In this document: positions 21,416 to 36,549 of the stretch, piece by piece
Layout of the letters: the number at the start of each line of letters is the position of its first letter
Numbering within the stretch: the first letter of the stretch is position 1
DNA from: Octopus sinensis
Lineage: Eukaryota
Direction of reading: 5' to 3'
Length of the DNA stretch: 64,000 bases
Assembly: GCF_006345805.1 (NCBI RefSeq)
Contig: NC_042997.1
Coordinates: 63,054,001-63,118,000, forward strand
Position numbers and translations under genes: made by a program
Notes under the pieces: model-generated
Told to the model about the DNA's origin: nothing
What the model saw: the letters and a program-made list of their open reading frames with translations, nothing else
Databases searched by the model: none

Positions 21416-22496
21416 TGCTATGAATGGTTCAGTCTAAGGACAGTTGGCAGTGACCTACTTTTGCGATAAACCCATTGTCCTGTCAGATTCAGGTGGATTG
21501 ATCGGTTCTGGGTAGAATCTGCGACCCCCTTTCGGGTGAATTAGAGGTCGTTCTAAACACCCCTTGAAGAAGAGGAGGAGGAAGGAAGTGGGAAAGATGT
21601 AAGGAATCTGAGAGCAGATAGAGAGGGTATTAGCAGTAAGAGAGGATGAGGGGCAGAGGGAAGAAAAGTGGTGAGAGAGATAGAGTATAAGGCGAAGGGA
21701 CAGGTTGAGGATAGAGATAGGCAATTAGGGCTGAGAGCAGATAGAGAGGGTATAAGCAGTAGAGAGAGATGGAGATTAAGGTAGTGGGAAGGACGGAGCA
21801 AGTGAGGTTTTGGGGGAGTTGGTATTAGGTCGTCAAAGAAGATAGTCGGATTTTGGTCGTCAAAGGGAGTAGTTGGAACCTTAGGAGCAGGCGGTTGGAT
21901 TCAGGAGCTTGGCAGGCTGGAGTTAGCAGTATTGAGAGAGATATGAGGTGCAATATGGGACACTGGCAATTCTAATTAGGAATTAAGGTACGTGAATTGT
22001 GTGTTGATATGTGAAGAAAAAGAAGGAAAAAGAATTGGTGTATTGAACAGTGAAAAGAACAGTAAAGGACTTGTTGATGTGTCGATTATCGAGTTGTGGT
22101 ATTTATGTTCAGAATTGTGTTGATACATATTACAAAAGAAAGTAGAAAAAGACTTTAAAGAACTGTGAACGTTATCTGTGAAGTGATTTGAAATAGAACT
22201 GTTGTCTTCGGACTGTTATATTGTTACTTGCATGTTTAAATGCTTTGATCTGTGGTATACCCTTATGCTGTATTGATTTGTTGTTTCCTTTAAATGTATT
22301 TGATGTGTAACAATTGATTGTCATAAACTGTTGTTAAATGTAAGCCAGTTGCCTTGCCGTTTTGTGTCTCTCTCGGTTGCCTCTCGGTATCTCTCTGTGC
22401 TGCGGTTGTTGTTGTTGTTGTATCTCTCCTCTCTCCTCTCTCTGGGCTCCGTGGCGAACTTGCCCTGTTCGGGCGAGCGACGACGGGTGATTCCGT

Positions 22497-22500
<4 letters not shown>
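21416..22500. mobile_element. Probable solo LTR (~1.08 kb) inserted in a (TA)n microsatellite
   Basis: Starts TG (TGCTATGAATG), ends CA (ATTCCGTAACA; rc TGTTACGGAAT) with imperfect terminal symmetry; (TA)n abuts both ends; no retroviral ORF. Confidence 0.5.

Positions 22501-22588
<88 letters not shown>
22501..22588. repeat. (AT)n microsatellite
   Basis: Direct reading. Confidence 0.97.
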
Positions 22589-22589
<1 letters not shown>

Positions 22590-23344
22590 TGACGCAGAGG
22601 CTGCAGCTGAAAAGATGTAAGGAAGAAATACGTTGTTCAAATACTTTTCTTTCAGAAATGTTAAGAACAGAATCATGAGATATTCATATAAGATTTGACC
22701 TTTCCTATGAACTCTAAACGTGACATTACTGGCACTGTCAACATGGGCTAAACACAATCCTTGAGATAATAACATTTGAACGCTCTTTAGCGAACACCAT
22801 TAAATATACGCCATTTTTTCTATCCATCACCATGTCACTACATCTACCTGCATATATCCTCTGTAAAGTTTTAAGGGAAGCTCAAAGCATTAAATGCTCT
22901 TCCATGGTACTCAGTTTACTAGAAGCAATAGCAATATAAGAGAACGAAACTTATTTATTAGCTGTAAAGATGTTACTTGATTCACCTAGCCATTGAAGCA
23001 TTTCACGGAAGGGAGAGAACAGAAAAGAAGACGATACAGGAAGTAGAATAAGAAGGCAAAGAAGAAAAAGATGAAGAGGTAGAATAGATTGTTCTTTACT
23101 TTTTTTATCACACAATGATTTTATGGTTGTTATCTAATGGAAATCTATCAATAAGGTTGTGTAATACAATAGAAATATGCGTGATATAGTCAATGCATTC
23201 CTATCGGGCTAATATATCTGTAGCGTCTACTGTGTCACTACCAAAACAGACTAAAAGAATTAAACAATGTATTGTAATACACAGAAATAACCACTGGCCT
23301 TTTGAACACTATATATCAGTGCGCGTGTACACACATCCAGTCCC

Positions 23345-24195
<851 letters not shown>

Positions 24196-24699
24196 TTAAC
24201 GAAAGCAAATTATCAGCGGGTGAGTCATTTGAGTAATTTCTTATTTCTATTGTTGATGGTTGCTGTGGTGATGACGACGACGCTCATAAAAAATAAATAG
24301 TAACAAAATAGTATCGCCAGTATTTTTTTGCTGTAGTTCTGGAAAAAGGCAATCATAATCATGATCATCATCATCGCTGTCGTCGTTGTTGTTGTTATCC
24401 TTATCGTCATCGTCATCGTAATCGACATCATCATCACGTCATCATCATCATCATAAAGAATACCAGCATAAAGTTTGTAGGGGTACCAATTAAGGGTTTC
24501 TTTTCATCCCTCGGGTCAAGACCAAAGTCTCCAGCTATGTGGGTGAGTGGAAGTATATAGAGACGTGACTACGATCTCAGCGTACTGTCTGAATTTATTT
24601 TACCAAAAATGCAAACTGCAATAGTTCTACAATTCACACTTCGTTCTGAATGCAAAACATGTAGTCCAGCCGTCTAAAATTATAACTGTAGCAACATTG

Positions 24700-24701
<2 letters not shown>

Positions 24702-24766
<65 letters not shown>

Positions 24767-24768
24767 TA
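24702..24768. repeat. (CTA)n microsatellite
   Basis: Direct reading. Confidence 0.95.
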
Positions 24769-24949
24769 GTATATGAAATATCAATTGTAGAAATAGTGAC
24801 GCCTGCGAATACTGACATCCTGCTGAGCATTTTCAGTGAATTAAGTAATTTTGTTGACAGCATATGAGGCAAGTTTCCTCTTCCATTACCTATACCCAGA
24901 CAGCTAAACATTCTTAATCAAGATGTCGGACAAGAGAAAATTATCGATC

Positions 24950-26300
24950 TGCTGGATGTTATACTTTTGCTACATCAACATTAAGAGATTTCGGTCTAAC
25001 CCGATTCCTGTACATAACCCTAATGCCAAGATTCAAGCTACAAACCTTATTGCACTTTGGAATAATCATATTTTATCATTTTCCTATATTCCACTTCTAC
25101 GCTCTCAGTTATATTCAAATATCTCCCCGAAACGCGGTGCCAGTACTTCTGCAAAATTCAGTAACATTTCCCAACCATATATCAACAACACAAACTTCTA
25201 TTTACTTTGAGGTCTATCTTCCCTGTTGCTCTAAATTCACTCGCTGACTCTACCGATCTTCAAATATCCTTTAATATAATCTCATAATCTTATATTTGAC
25301 AGACACGCAACCACTCGAAACTCTTGGCATATTCTCCAATTTCCAAAGCCTAAATTTAGATTATCCTCCACTGCTTTTTTACCCACGAGATTCTCTTATC
25401 AATGTATTATATCTTTCATCGTTTTATCGCACGAAATCCTGTTCATTGAATATTAGTCAGCTAACAAATTGCAGTTCTTCATGTTTTATTTCGATTACAC
25501 TTGGTGCTAAATATGCTTCTTCCAACCCCATTTATTTCAAACTACTAAATCATCATTTTCCTACTCAACACACAACCAAAGCTTATAGATCTTAATCGCC
25601 TTGCTGTGTTCTGTATCTGCACTTCAACAAAATTGGCAATTGGCACTGTCTCCAACATACATAATGCAGAAGGAAAACATTAACAAGAAGAAGTACTTAA
25701 CATTAACTTGGAGAATTATTACACCATCGGCACAACTCTTGCAAAGTCAAGGGAAAATGTTAAACGTGCATTCCTGCTTTTATATTACAGCAGAGGTTTC
25801 TAGTCTATTACCAAGAAACTGTCTTTATCAACTCTAAGGTGTTCTTGCACTCACAAGAGGCTATGTACATATTGCCTGCTTCCAAATCTTCATTTTGACA
25901 TAATCTACAACACTTCACTTAAGTTCTTCTTATCTGCCCAAAATGCCCCAATACGTGAACAACTCTAGACTTTACACCAACGCTACAACCAAACAAAGCG
26001 ATGGTTCAGTTTCTCACAAATTGCGCATATTAGAGCAGTACATACCCTCCAGCTGGTTTTCTCTTTTGTATAGATTTATTCCAATATTTGAAATACGTCA
26101 CCATAAATCTCCTCTCCGGTAAGTGCGATCTGTTTCGTCTTGACATTACCGATCTTCAGTTTCAACAATTCAAAAATGACGGCAACTGTTATTAACGATC
26201 ATTACCTTCATCACTCTCATTTTCTCCCTCCTCAATGATTAAAAATACAGTTTCTGTACATCCAGAAATGCCGCATACTTTCGTACTCTGCTCTTGAAAA
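24950..26300 (+). mobile_element. Ancient CR1/L2-group LINE relic
   Basis: Scattered peptides in LINE order (ISQLTNCS, QQNWQLALSPT, SRGF*S) and C/T-rich sense strand; highly eroded. Confidence 0.4.
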
Positions 26301-29300
26301 CTTAACGCAAACATCGGAAGGTAAATGGTTTGTCATAGGACTGAGTCACAAAACTATACTCAGTTGTTTTCCTATGGATTTCATCTGTCTCTCATTTCTT
26401 GGATTAGAAGTTTTACGTCAGACCGTATTATCGCAAGCTTGTGCTGATAGGCTGGCTATCTCCGACCAACACCACCTTAACTCTTGCATGTCTCAAACTG
26501 CAATGATGTCCCTTTGAACATTTTCTTCTATTCTTTAATTACCTACTTGCTGTTACGTCTACAGCATACATACCTCAAGAGAAGATATCACATTTCATTA
26601 ATTCACGTATCTCTACATAGATGCGTCATCCATTCTCAACCTAGAGGTTTTAAGCTAGATGTACCGTACTTTCCCGAAGACAGACATCGTAAAGGTTCTT
26701 TGAAAATCTTGCTGTTCAGTAATACAGGTTTAGTTGCTACACATTTTATGGTAACAGTCTTGTGCACAACAATCGCTAATCATCAGCAACATACACTAAA
26801 AATCCTCAAAGTCGTTATGAGTCAGAATTTCATTTGATTCGTAATGATTTCATTAATTCTTTATCAATGCCAACACTGCATTTCAATGATTGAGATTCTT
26901 CTTTCGAACCAGAACATAATTCAATCCTGCTCGTTTGCTTTCATGTAGAACGTACAAGCAAATATATGTCACATAAATCGGGGATGTCTTTATACATATA
27001 CTTTAACCCACCCACACATACTCGCACACAACATCCACCAATAGAAACTAATTGATAATCTTCCAGCGTACTGCAGCCAGTATAGTCAAAAGATATACAG
27101 TTTCACTCCTCTACATCCGCAACTACTGCAGCAACAGCCGCTGTTCCTTTAAACTAGTTAACTATATACCCATCCCTCCAATTAAGGCCTGCTCGACAGT
27201 TTTGCCTCTTTTACTTTCCTCAACGCTTATGTTTTGCGTCTAAGATTTCCTCCTAAACACTTTGCCTGACTATTCTTGCCCAGAATATCCTTCATTTCTC
27301 TGGTGTTCCACCCTCCGCTTCATTATACATTCATCACATCAGCGTCATCATCAACCTGGTATAGTTCTGAGCACTGAAACTCACCATTGCCAACTCATAA
27401 AAGTAATGTTTTCGAGTTTTGACTCAAGGCCAGCAGTTTCAGGAAAGTGTTTAAGCCCATTACGCCCGAAAGGATGAAAGCTTTTGCATGTAATTTATAA
27501 ATAAAGCAATGAGTTATTTTATAAAATCATTAGCATCGTAAATCCTGTGGGTTTACGTTATCCGAGAACTGACATCAGATATCGCAACTTCATTTAATCG
27601 GGTACTAACCTATTGGTTCACTGTAATCTGTAGTTTACAGTAGTATTATAGGAATAACTGCATGCGGATGTATGATGTTGCAGGAGCTCCTGAATGTATA
27701 TATATATAAATGTATGTGTGTATGCGTGTTGTATTTACTTACTAGTGAACTGTTGTGCTGAGCCGTTGCTACCAGAAGTGTATTATCTATTTAGTTGATC
27801 GGTTCAGGTATCAGATGTTGATGTTATGTATTCGTGTGTTCTTCACTAGCGAGAGAGAATCACCCCCGAGGGAGATTTTCGTTCAAATGATGTAGTTTGT
27901 TTTGTTGTTTCTATCTGATCTCTTTTGTTTGACATGCTGCACATATTTCATTGTTTTTCGATGAATGGCATTTAGGAAACATCGTTGGAAAGCAATAGCA
28001 ATCTGAATAGGTGTAAAATTTCAGTATTTGTGTGCGGTGGATGCGGTTTTATTTCTTACCGCTGGGTTAAAGTAGTCTATATAGGAATAAAACTGAATTT
28101 ATGGTTGTCCATCGGTATATGTTTTAACTTCTGATATTAATTTTGCTTTTGTAAACATGGGTCTCTTGATAGATGAAAGATGAGAGTTTATTCATTCCAA
28201 TAAGAATAATGCCAAGGAACTTGGACATCAGAATGTATAATGTTTCAAAAGAATGAAATATTCCAAAGGTATGTTATAGTATTTGAGATATTAAACAGAA
28301 TCTGTATTTGAATAGAATACATATATGCAGTTATTGATTTTCAATATATGAAACCCAAACACTGGAGACGTTAGTTTGAAGGAAATATATTGTAAAACTG
28401 TGTGTTAAAACATTAAAATAATAAAAAAGGGGTTACTGATCTCATACACTAGAAGTGAACTAAAGGTAAATTGTGCACTAAATTTATTACCGCTATTTTG
28501 TTTAATCTTCTGTCTGTGTATCCTACTATTAGGGTCATCTTTGCTTTGTATTCTCTTGGAGGTTGTAAATTAAATAACAGTAATATAATGACGCCTATTC
28601 ATTTGATTATAGATGCTTCACTTCTTCAGTTAAACTTTTGTTTAGTCAAAAGAATTCAGTAGTTGAGGAATACTGTCGAGGGCTGTAGAACACGTTCGAA
28701 CCACGTGTACGATGTTGAATTCAGTGATGATTTCTGGGATTTGAAATAATTTTTATTCATTCAGATTTAACTTGTTCTTACCAAAAAGATAAACATTTCT
28801 CTGAGATTCATACACCTTTTGTAGAATTTTATCTCTAAGTTAGGAATTAATGAGTTATAAATAGTGAGCTATTACTATCAGGATATAATAGATTATTCCA
28901 TTTAGACTGTGTTCACTCAAAGACCATCTCCGCCGCCACTACTACTACCAGCACCAGCACCACCACCGCCGCCGCTGCCGCCACCATCTTTAAGTACACC
29001 AGTGTCAATAACAACAACATCATCAACAACAACCGAAAGATTTCTACTTTGAGAAAGGTGAATTTCAGTTAGTTTTGATGCATATTTTGTTAGATAAACT
29101 ATTTATATCTCAGTAAATAACCAAATTATTTAATTTACCCAGTAGATTCGCTGATTAGTATTCAAGAAAGTATTCAGTAGACAGTTAAGTATATAATTTA
29201 ATTAATTTCACTTAATAAATTATCTTATGACCTGCAGTAAAACTATTTATCCAGACCCAGCCTTGACAAAATCGCAATCATTTAACTAGAAGAGTTGAAT

Positions 29301-29354
29301 GCTTTCTACAGTAGTTATAACTCAACATTAACATAGAAACAGACGATATATTAA

Positions 29355-29573
29355 CTCTTTAGCATTCAAATTATTCTGTCAAATGCAATGCTTGTTATAT
29401 TCACAGTTTTGAATTCATCATACATTATCTGGTATCTTTGAAATTTTAATGATGTAATTGTTTATGTTTAGAATGAAATTGTAGGGTACGTGTGAAAAGT
29501 ATGATCTAGGCAGTTTGAACATAAAAGTGGAAGAATATTTGGGCCTGATATGGCAGGTTTGAATACTAAAGGG
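29355..29573. mobile_element. piggyBac-type MITE with TTAA target site
   Basis: TTAA|CTCTTTAGCATTCAAA ... TTTGAATACTAAAGGG|TTAG; 14/16 TIR match. Confidence 0.85.
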
Positions 29574-29741
29574 TTAGTTAATATGATTAATTAATTAATT
29601 AATTAATATACTCGATATGTAAACTAATCATGTTCGTTCATTGTTTGGAGCCATTTCATAAACTTCAGTTGACTCACCTTAAAATTACAAATCTCCTAAT
29701 AACTATATATAGGTGTATTGTTGAGCGCCTTTATAAATGTT

Positions 29742-29945
29742 TCTGATTTAGGCACAAGGCCAGCAGATTTGAGGTTAGTAGTTTAGTCGACACTACCAAG
29801 GTCAGTAATCGACTGGTACTTTATTTGATATAAGGATGAAAGGCAACTTAGACCTTGGCGTGGTTTACACTCAAAACATAATCAACCGGAAGAAATACTG
29901 CAAAATATTTTTCCCGATGCTGCAAATGTTTTACCAGCTCACCAC
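29742..29945 (-). mobile_element. Old Meta-domain SINE
   Basis: Collinear with younger copies (ggcacaagg...ggatgaaaggc...ccagctc). Confidence 0.7.
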
Positions 29946-30489
29946 ATTGACCACATTGATAATAAAAAAGAAAACATAAGCCTCCCAGGAACCTCAGTTT
30001 GGTCACTCAGTCTGCTACAAACAGCCACCAAATTTCTTTTTATTCACAATCTACCATCTTAGAAAACCGATGCAATATTGTATAATAGGATTTTAAATAC
30101 ATGTTTCCCCACTCTCCAAATGGGACTTTTATGATTAATCAGAGAATAAACAACAGTGCAAACGAAAAGCTGCTAAATCGAACAAGCAAACCTTCATTCC
30201 TCCCTGCACATGGTTCATATCGTTTCTGCAATAACTACAACAAAGTATAACCTGCAAAAGTATACTAAGTAATGTAAATACTGTGTCTAGTGCTAGGGCT
30301 CATAAGCCCGGTTACTCAGTTTCCATGGCTATATATGAAATAAAGTACCAGTCGAGTACTGATCTCGGTGGTGTCGACTAAACTACACCACTCAAATTTG
30401 TTGCCCTTCTGCATAAATCAGATATATTTATAAAGGCGGTCAACAATACGCCTGTGTTGGAAGATTTGTAATTTTAGGGTAAGTCAACT

Positions 30490-30700
30490 CACTGAAGTGA
30501 ATGGACCAAGACCACAGCATTTCCGCTGAACCAGTTGCCAGAGCATTATAGGGTTACTCCTTAATAGCTGAGTGGACTGAAGCAACGTGAAATGAAATAT
30601 TTTGTTCAAGAACACAAATCATTGGGTAGTCCTAGAATTGAAGCCAGGATCTTGTAAATGTGAGTACAACACCATGATCGTTTGGCCACGCGCCTTCACT
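30490..30700 (-). mobile_element. tRNA-headed SINE with V-domain-like core
   Basis: Minus strand GAAGGCGCGTGGCC...GCTTCAATTC head, then TTGTGTTCTTGAACAA...TTGCTTCAGTCCACTCAGCT. Confidence 0.5.
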
Positions 30701-31414
30701 AAAGTATGTTACATCTTAAATCTCCTTTTTCCGGGTATTGCCACTACGCTTGTTCCTACGAGTCTCTCATCCCTATAAGCTCTCAGTCAACTCATTATTT
30801 TTTGCGAAACCTACATTCATAAATGACTCTTTATCTGGCGATATATTCTCTACTCAAACAACACAAGAAAATAGGAATTGGTCACTGTTTCCATTCAAAT
30901 GTGGCGAAAAAATCCATTTGAATTATTCTTTTATCCATTTACACGTTTCAGCCTAAATGCATTAGAGCCTTTATTCCAGTTTTTTCTCTTCTTTTTGTGT
31001 CGATCTCAACGCATGAGTTGGGAAAATAATGCATGGAAAAAATACCTCCTGACTTAACCATTACCGTTTCTAACGTTTAAAAGTGGTACCATTAATTATG
31101 GAAATGGCTCACGTTCAATTTGAATGTCGAAGTAAAATAAATTTTTGACTCCATTCTCGTCTTTAACATTTCAAATTAAAATTGCTTCCATTAACTTCAT
31201 TCACACCAAGTGATGGTAGTCTACCAGATTTGAATATATTAATAGTATCCCGCCCCACTCTCATTTCAAGAGATATCACATTTTACTTTGCAACCCATTT
31301 TATTGATGTGACTAAATAATGGACAGGAAATTCGTTTGAGTCTATTTTGATCGATTGCAACCTTTTACATCGTGAGTACTCAACAGAAATTCTGCTGGGA
31401 ATCAGTAAAATAAG

Positions 31415-31590
31415 TTTCTGATTTAGGCACAAGACCAACGATCTTAAGGTGAGCAGACTAACAACATCGAAAGAAGAATAGAAAAAGTTAACCTCCTGTA
31501 GGATTTGAACACAGAACGTAAAGAAATTGAACAAACGTTGGAAAGTATTTTTATCCAACGATCTAACGATTCTGCCAGATCACCGTCTGA
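31415..31590 (-). mobile_element. Old Meta-domain SINE
   Basis: Family tail and head motifs present. Confidence 0.65.
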
Positions 31591-31889
31591 GTGACAAGTA
31601 AAATATAGAATGCTTATTATATGTCATTTATGTTGTTGATGTCTTTACGATGGAATGAACGACACAGAATCCCGAACTCTTCTGGTGCATTGTCTAATTA
31701 TTATTAATGCAAAGGATAAGGTTGTTGTTGTTGCTGTTGCTGACGATGAACATGTTCAGCTCTAGGTTAGTTCTGACTGAATAGATCTTTAATCAAAGAC
31801 AATCCAATTAGGTCCACTCGTTCTATTTACTGAGATCTGGGACTACATTTTTCAATGTACATCCTCGTTATCCATGTCAAACAAACTAG

Positions 31890-31983
31890 CACTAGCACCA
31901 ATACGACTGTCATCCCCACCAGCACCAGCACCAGCAGCACCAGCACCAGCAGCACCAGCAGCACCAACACCACCACCACCACC

Positions 31984-32015
<32 letters not shown>

Positions 32016-35000
32016 CAACACTGCCACAACCACCAACGCCATCATCATCTTCATTATCTTAATCCTCGTCAACACAACCACCAGTCACATTGTATACACC
32101 TCAACCACCAAAACCACCACCACCACCACCACCACCACCACCACTGCCGCCGCCGTCGTCATCGTCATCATCATCATCATCACCATCATCATCATTACCA
32201 CGACCACCACGACTGCTAACGCGATCAGACCACCACCACCACCACCACCACCACCACCACCACCACCACCACCACCACCACCACTATCATCATCATCATC
32301 ATGACCACAACCACGACCATGACTACCTTCGATGATGGCGAGGACGACAACGACGACGACGACCACCACCACCCTCCTCCTCCTCCTCCTCCTCATTCTC
32401 ATTACCGCATCATCATCATCATCATCATCTTCATCATAACCATCATCATCATCATCGTCGTCGTCCTCATCATTATGAGCTGCTACTGTAGCTGTACCAG
32501 TCACAGCAGCCGCGGTGGCAGCAGATTCAGTTTGACAGTCGCAAAATGAAAAGCGTCAATACCTGATCACATGAGGTGTTATATAACTAGAAGTGTTCGC
32601 TCTTTCACACCTTGAAAAGATTTCAAATATATAAACAACAACAACAACAACTACTACTACTACTACTACTACAAAACCACCAATTGTCCCTATTAGTTCA
32701 ACAACCTTTTGCTCATTCTACAAGAAGGCGGAGGTGGGGTAGTTGATGTTGTTGGGATTATGGTGGTGGTGGTGTTGGCGGTGGTAGTGGTTAGATTTAA
32801 TGACTTACTAGTAAAATATAATGAGTGTCAGTGAAATTCAAAATCTTGAATTGCTCTGTCCAAGGTTGCTTGTTAACACTACAACTACCACCACCCCACC
32901 ACCACCACCACCACCACCACCACCACCACTATCTCTATTATTATTAACACCGCTACCACAAATTCAACTACGACCATTAGTTCCATCATCAATTACTACT
33001 AGCATCATCACCACCGCCACTACTCACCGACATCACCACCATCACCATCACGAGTCGTCACTACCACTACCCCTACTATTAATCAACTCACCCATCTCAC
33101 CACCATCACCACCACCACTGCCACCAACACCACTTTTCTTAATCTCCATAACCATCGCCATCATCACTACCATCACCGACACCACCCACTAACATCGCCA
33201 CCACTCAATACCCCACCAGAAACTGCCGCAACCACCACCACCACCACCACCACCACTACTACCACCCGAACACCACCCGACCACCCCCATCACCCCCACA
33301 GCCACCGCTATCAACAATACCTGCCATAACCACCATCGGCATCAGCACCATCAATAATCAGCACCACTACCATAGCTACCATCGCTACTATCCTCACTAT
33401 CATCAACCACCAACATCACCGCCACTATCATTGCCATCACTATCACCAACACCATGACCACGACGACTAATAATACCACCCCACCACCACCATTTGTGCC
33501 CCCGGCATCAGCACCACCTCTGTCACATACCTTACCTTAGGGCTACCATCACCATCAAACTACATTCAACTAGGGAATGTCCAAACATTACACGACTGCT
33601 AAATATACCGAGACAAAAGGTGGTGGTGGGGTGCTCAACGTAGTCGCTCAACGAAGCTAAAAATAACAGCTAAATCCCCTTTGAATCATACCCTACCTAT
33701 CAACCCTACCGTCTTACACAAAGATGGCTACGTTTGATAATTTTTTCTACTATAGACACAAGGTCTGAGATTTTTGGTGGAGGGGACTAGTTGATTACAT
33801 CGCCCCCACCCTCCCCAGTGTATTACTGGTACTTAATTCATCGAACCCGCACCCCGAAACGATGAAAGGCAAAGTCGATCTCAGCTGAATTTGAACTCAG
33901 AACGTAACCTTAGTATACATAAGAAAAGTCCCGTAGGGATGACCTCAAAGGTGGGATGCGTTTCAATCATAGGTTTGTTCAGTTAGTATTCACCTAGAGC
34001 TAGACATCAGCATCAAGAAGAAGAACAAGAACAAAAACAAGAACAACAACAACAGTTACAAGACCAACAGGAGCTGCATTTGCACAACTACCACATTAAC
34101 ACATTACTTGCTAGATATAGTACCTAGATCGCCCTCAATTCACGAAGTGTCACTTGATGGACTAACAGATGGGGTGGTCATGTGAGGGACAACTTTGATC
34201 GCGGTCAGCTCAATTCTGAGAGGAGATCAACAACAGCAGCTGCACCAGTAACGAACCACCACCACCACCACCACCACTACCACTTCCACCATCACCACCG
34301 CCACCACAACAGCAACAACAATAACAACCGCCATCACCACCACCGCCATTAGAATCATCACCGCAATAACAAGAACAACTAGAACATCAGCCACCAGTAG
34401 CACTATCACCAACACAACCACCACCACCACCACCACAACAACAAAACAATTTTTATGTAGATTGTGGCAAAATGCAACTAGTAGACTTCTATATCGAATT
34501 TCCACCCCATCACGAACTCTACAGGATGGTCACATTAGTGTCATTACTATTGTGTGCCCTCACCACTTACGACTATTGTATCAGCCACTAGACTGCTATA
34601 CATACACTTGCACACTATTAAAACCACTGAACTACCACCAAGGCAATAAATAGTACTCGTACTATCTCCGTCACACTACCACTAAATACTCAACAACTTA
34701 AGCTAGCTTGTCATCACGATGATATAGTCGTTTAGCTGTCAGCATCCTAGAAAAGCTACCACCACCACCACCACTTCAACACCACCACCACCACCACCAC
34801 CACCACCACCACCACCACCATTGCCACCACCGCCACCATCACCTCCATCAACACAACCACTACCATAACAACAACAGCAAAAAATAATAGCTCCCACCAC
34901 CACCACCACTGGTGCCACCGCTACCATTCGCTACTATCCCCACCACCGCGGCTACGGCTATCGCCACCCCACTGCCACCACCGCCGCCACCGCCACCATC

Positions 35001-35330
35001 GCCCGCACCGCCATTGCCACAGCCTTCGCCTCCGCCTCCGCTGCCGGCACCGCCACTACCACCACCACCGCCACTTCAGCAGCAACTATTCGAATGCTAT
35101 AACTGCACTTACGCTGTCACTGTGACTACCACTGCAATACCATCACATGACTGTCACTATTAATCATACCACCCACAACCATCGTTACCATCACCACTAA
35201 CACCTCCAACACCACCAACACCGTCACCACTGCCACCCTCAAACCACCACCACTACAATTACCACCACCACCACCACCACCACTATCAGCATCAGCCACC
35301 ACCGCCACCACCTCAATAATACGATAATAA
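31890..35330. repeat. Cryptic trinucleotide field (CCA/CAT/CAA/CTA) with interspersed SINE pieces
   Basis: Direct reading; yields homopolymer ORFs (poly-T/P/H/V/G). Confidence 0.9.
33735..33905 (-). mobile_element. Meta-domain SINE, 3' part
   Basis: tttctactatagacacaagg...gatgaaaggcaaagtcga...gaactcagaacg. Confidence 0.75.
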
Positions 35331-35776
35331 GGCTATAACTACGCTTATTCTACAACTGTTGCTACTACTCTACTGCTAATGTAATACAATCACATGAATG
35401 CTATACTATGATACGTCCGTCGCCGTCCCTGCCATCGTACTAATATTTTCTCCAAGCTACCATTTTCTTTGCTACCAACCCACTACCATCGTCCAAAACA
35501 CTTTATATATTGCTACTGCCACCTACCACCGCCACTACTAAACGATACTAATATCCCTCCCACTAGAGCCGAAGGGAAATCCTTTCTGTGGTAGCAACAG
35601 ATCTCATACTAGAAATAGTAACCAAATCTCTCTCAAAACCCACCTGACATTGTTTTTAAAAAGGTAGAAAAAATACTAAAAAGAGAAAGTAAGGAAAAGA
35701 TACGTGTAGGCGTTCGAAAGTAGACTAAGCTCACAGTGGATAGTAAGATATATATATATATATATATATATATAAG

Positions 35777-35825
<49 letters not shown>

Positions 35826-35914
35826 AACAAATAGATGAATAAATAGAGATATCTGAATTAGGCTCAAGGATAGTAATTATGGAAGAGTGGTTATTTGATT
35901 AAATAAAGTATAGT

Positions 35915-36500
35915 AGTTTATCGACCCCGAAAAGATGACAGGTAAAGTTTACCACTGAGGGAATTGAACTCAGAAAGTAAAGCAACGCAGCCAATAACCT
36001 CAAGGTGCTTTAACCAATTAATTGTCTTAATTCTTCCTAATTTTGGTACGAGGCCAGCACTCTTTAGGGTGGAGGGGAAGTGGGTGAGTCGATTATATCG
36101 ACCTTCAGAGTCAACTAGTACTTATTTTATTGACCTCGACTGCAACTGTATTTGAACGCGAACTTAAAGAGCCGGAGTCACCGCCTTACTAATTCTTTCT
36201 ACCATTAAAGCACATGGCTTTAAATTTTGTTGAGGGGGTGTAAGCAATTACATCGACCCCAGGGCTCAACTGATATTTTATTTCAACTACGAAAGGATGA
36301 CTGGTAAATTCGAACTTGGAACGTAAAGCCCCGGAATAAATGCCGCTAAGCATTTTATCCGATGCAATAACAAGCCTGCCACTTTTTTAGCTATAATACT
36401 TGTTTTAAAATTCTGACACCAGGCCAGCAATTTCGAGGCGAGGGTTTAGTCTATTACATCGAATGCTCAACAGGTACTCATTTTATTGACAGTGAATGTG
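35915..36500 (-). mobile_element. Cluster of about three diverged Meta-domain SINE pieces
   Basis: Repeated atcgacccc/gaactc/aggccagca motifs. Confidence 0.65.
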
Positions 36501-36549
36501 TAGAAGATGAAGTTACTGCAAATAAATGCTCCCTCACCTGCTACCCCTG

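Noticed and set aside
28170-28275. Apparent AG...AG|GTATGT exon
   Set aside because: Stops in all three frames; no other support.
26400-28700. Faint PLE/LINE-like peptides (YYRKL; NKSLTEEVKHL on minus)
   Set aside because: Too short and degenerate to support a call without a profile search.
31855-33192. Poly-Thr/Pro/His ORFs resembling mucins or extensins
   Set aside because: All frames on both strands give homopolymers; no splice or domain support.
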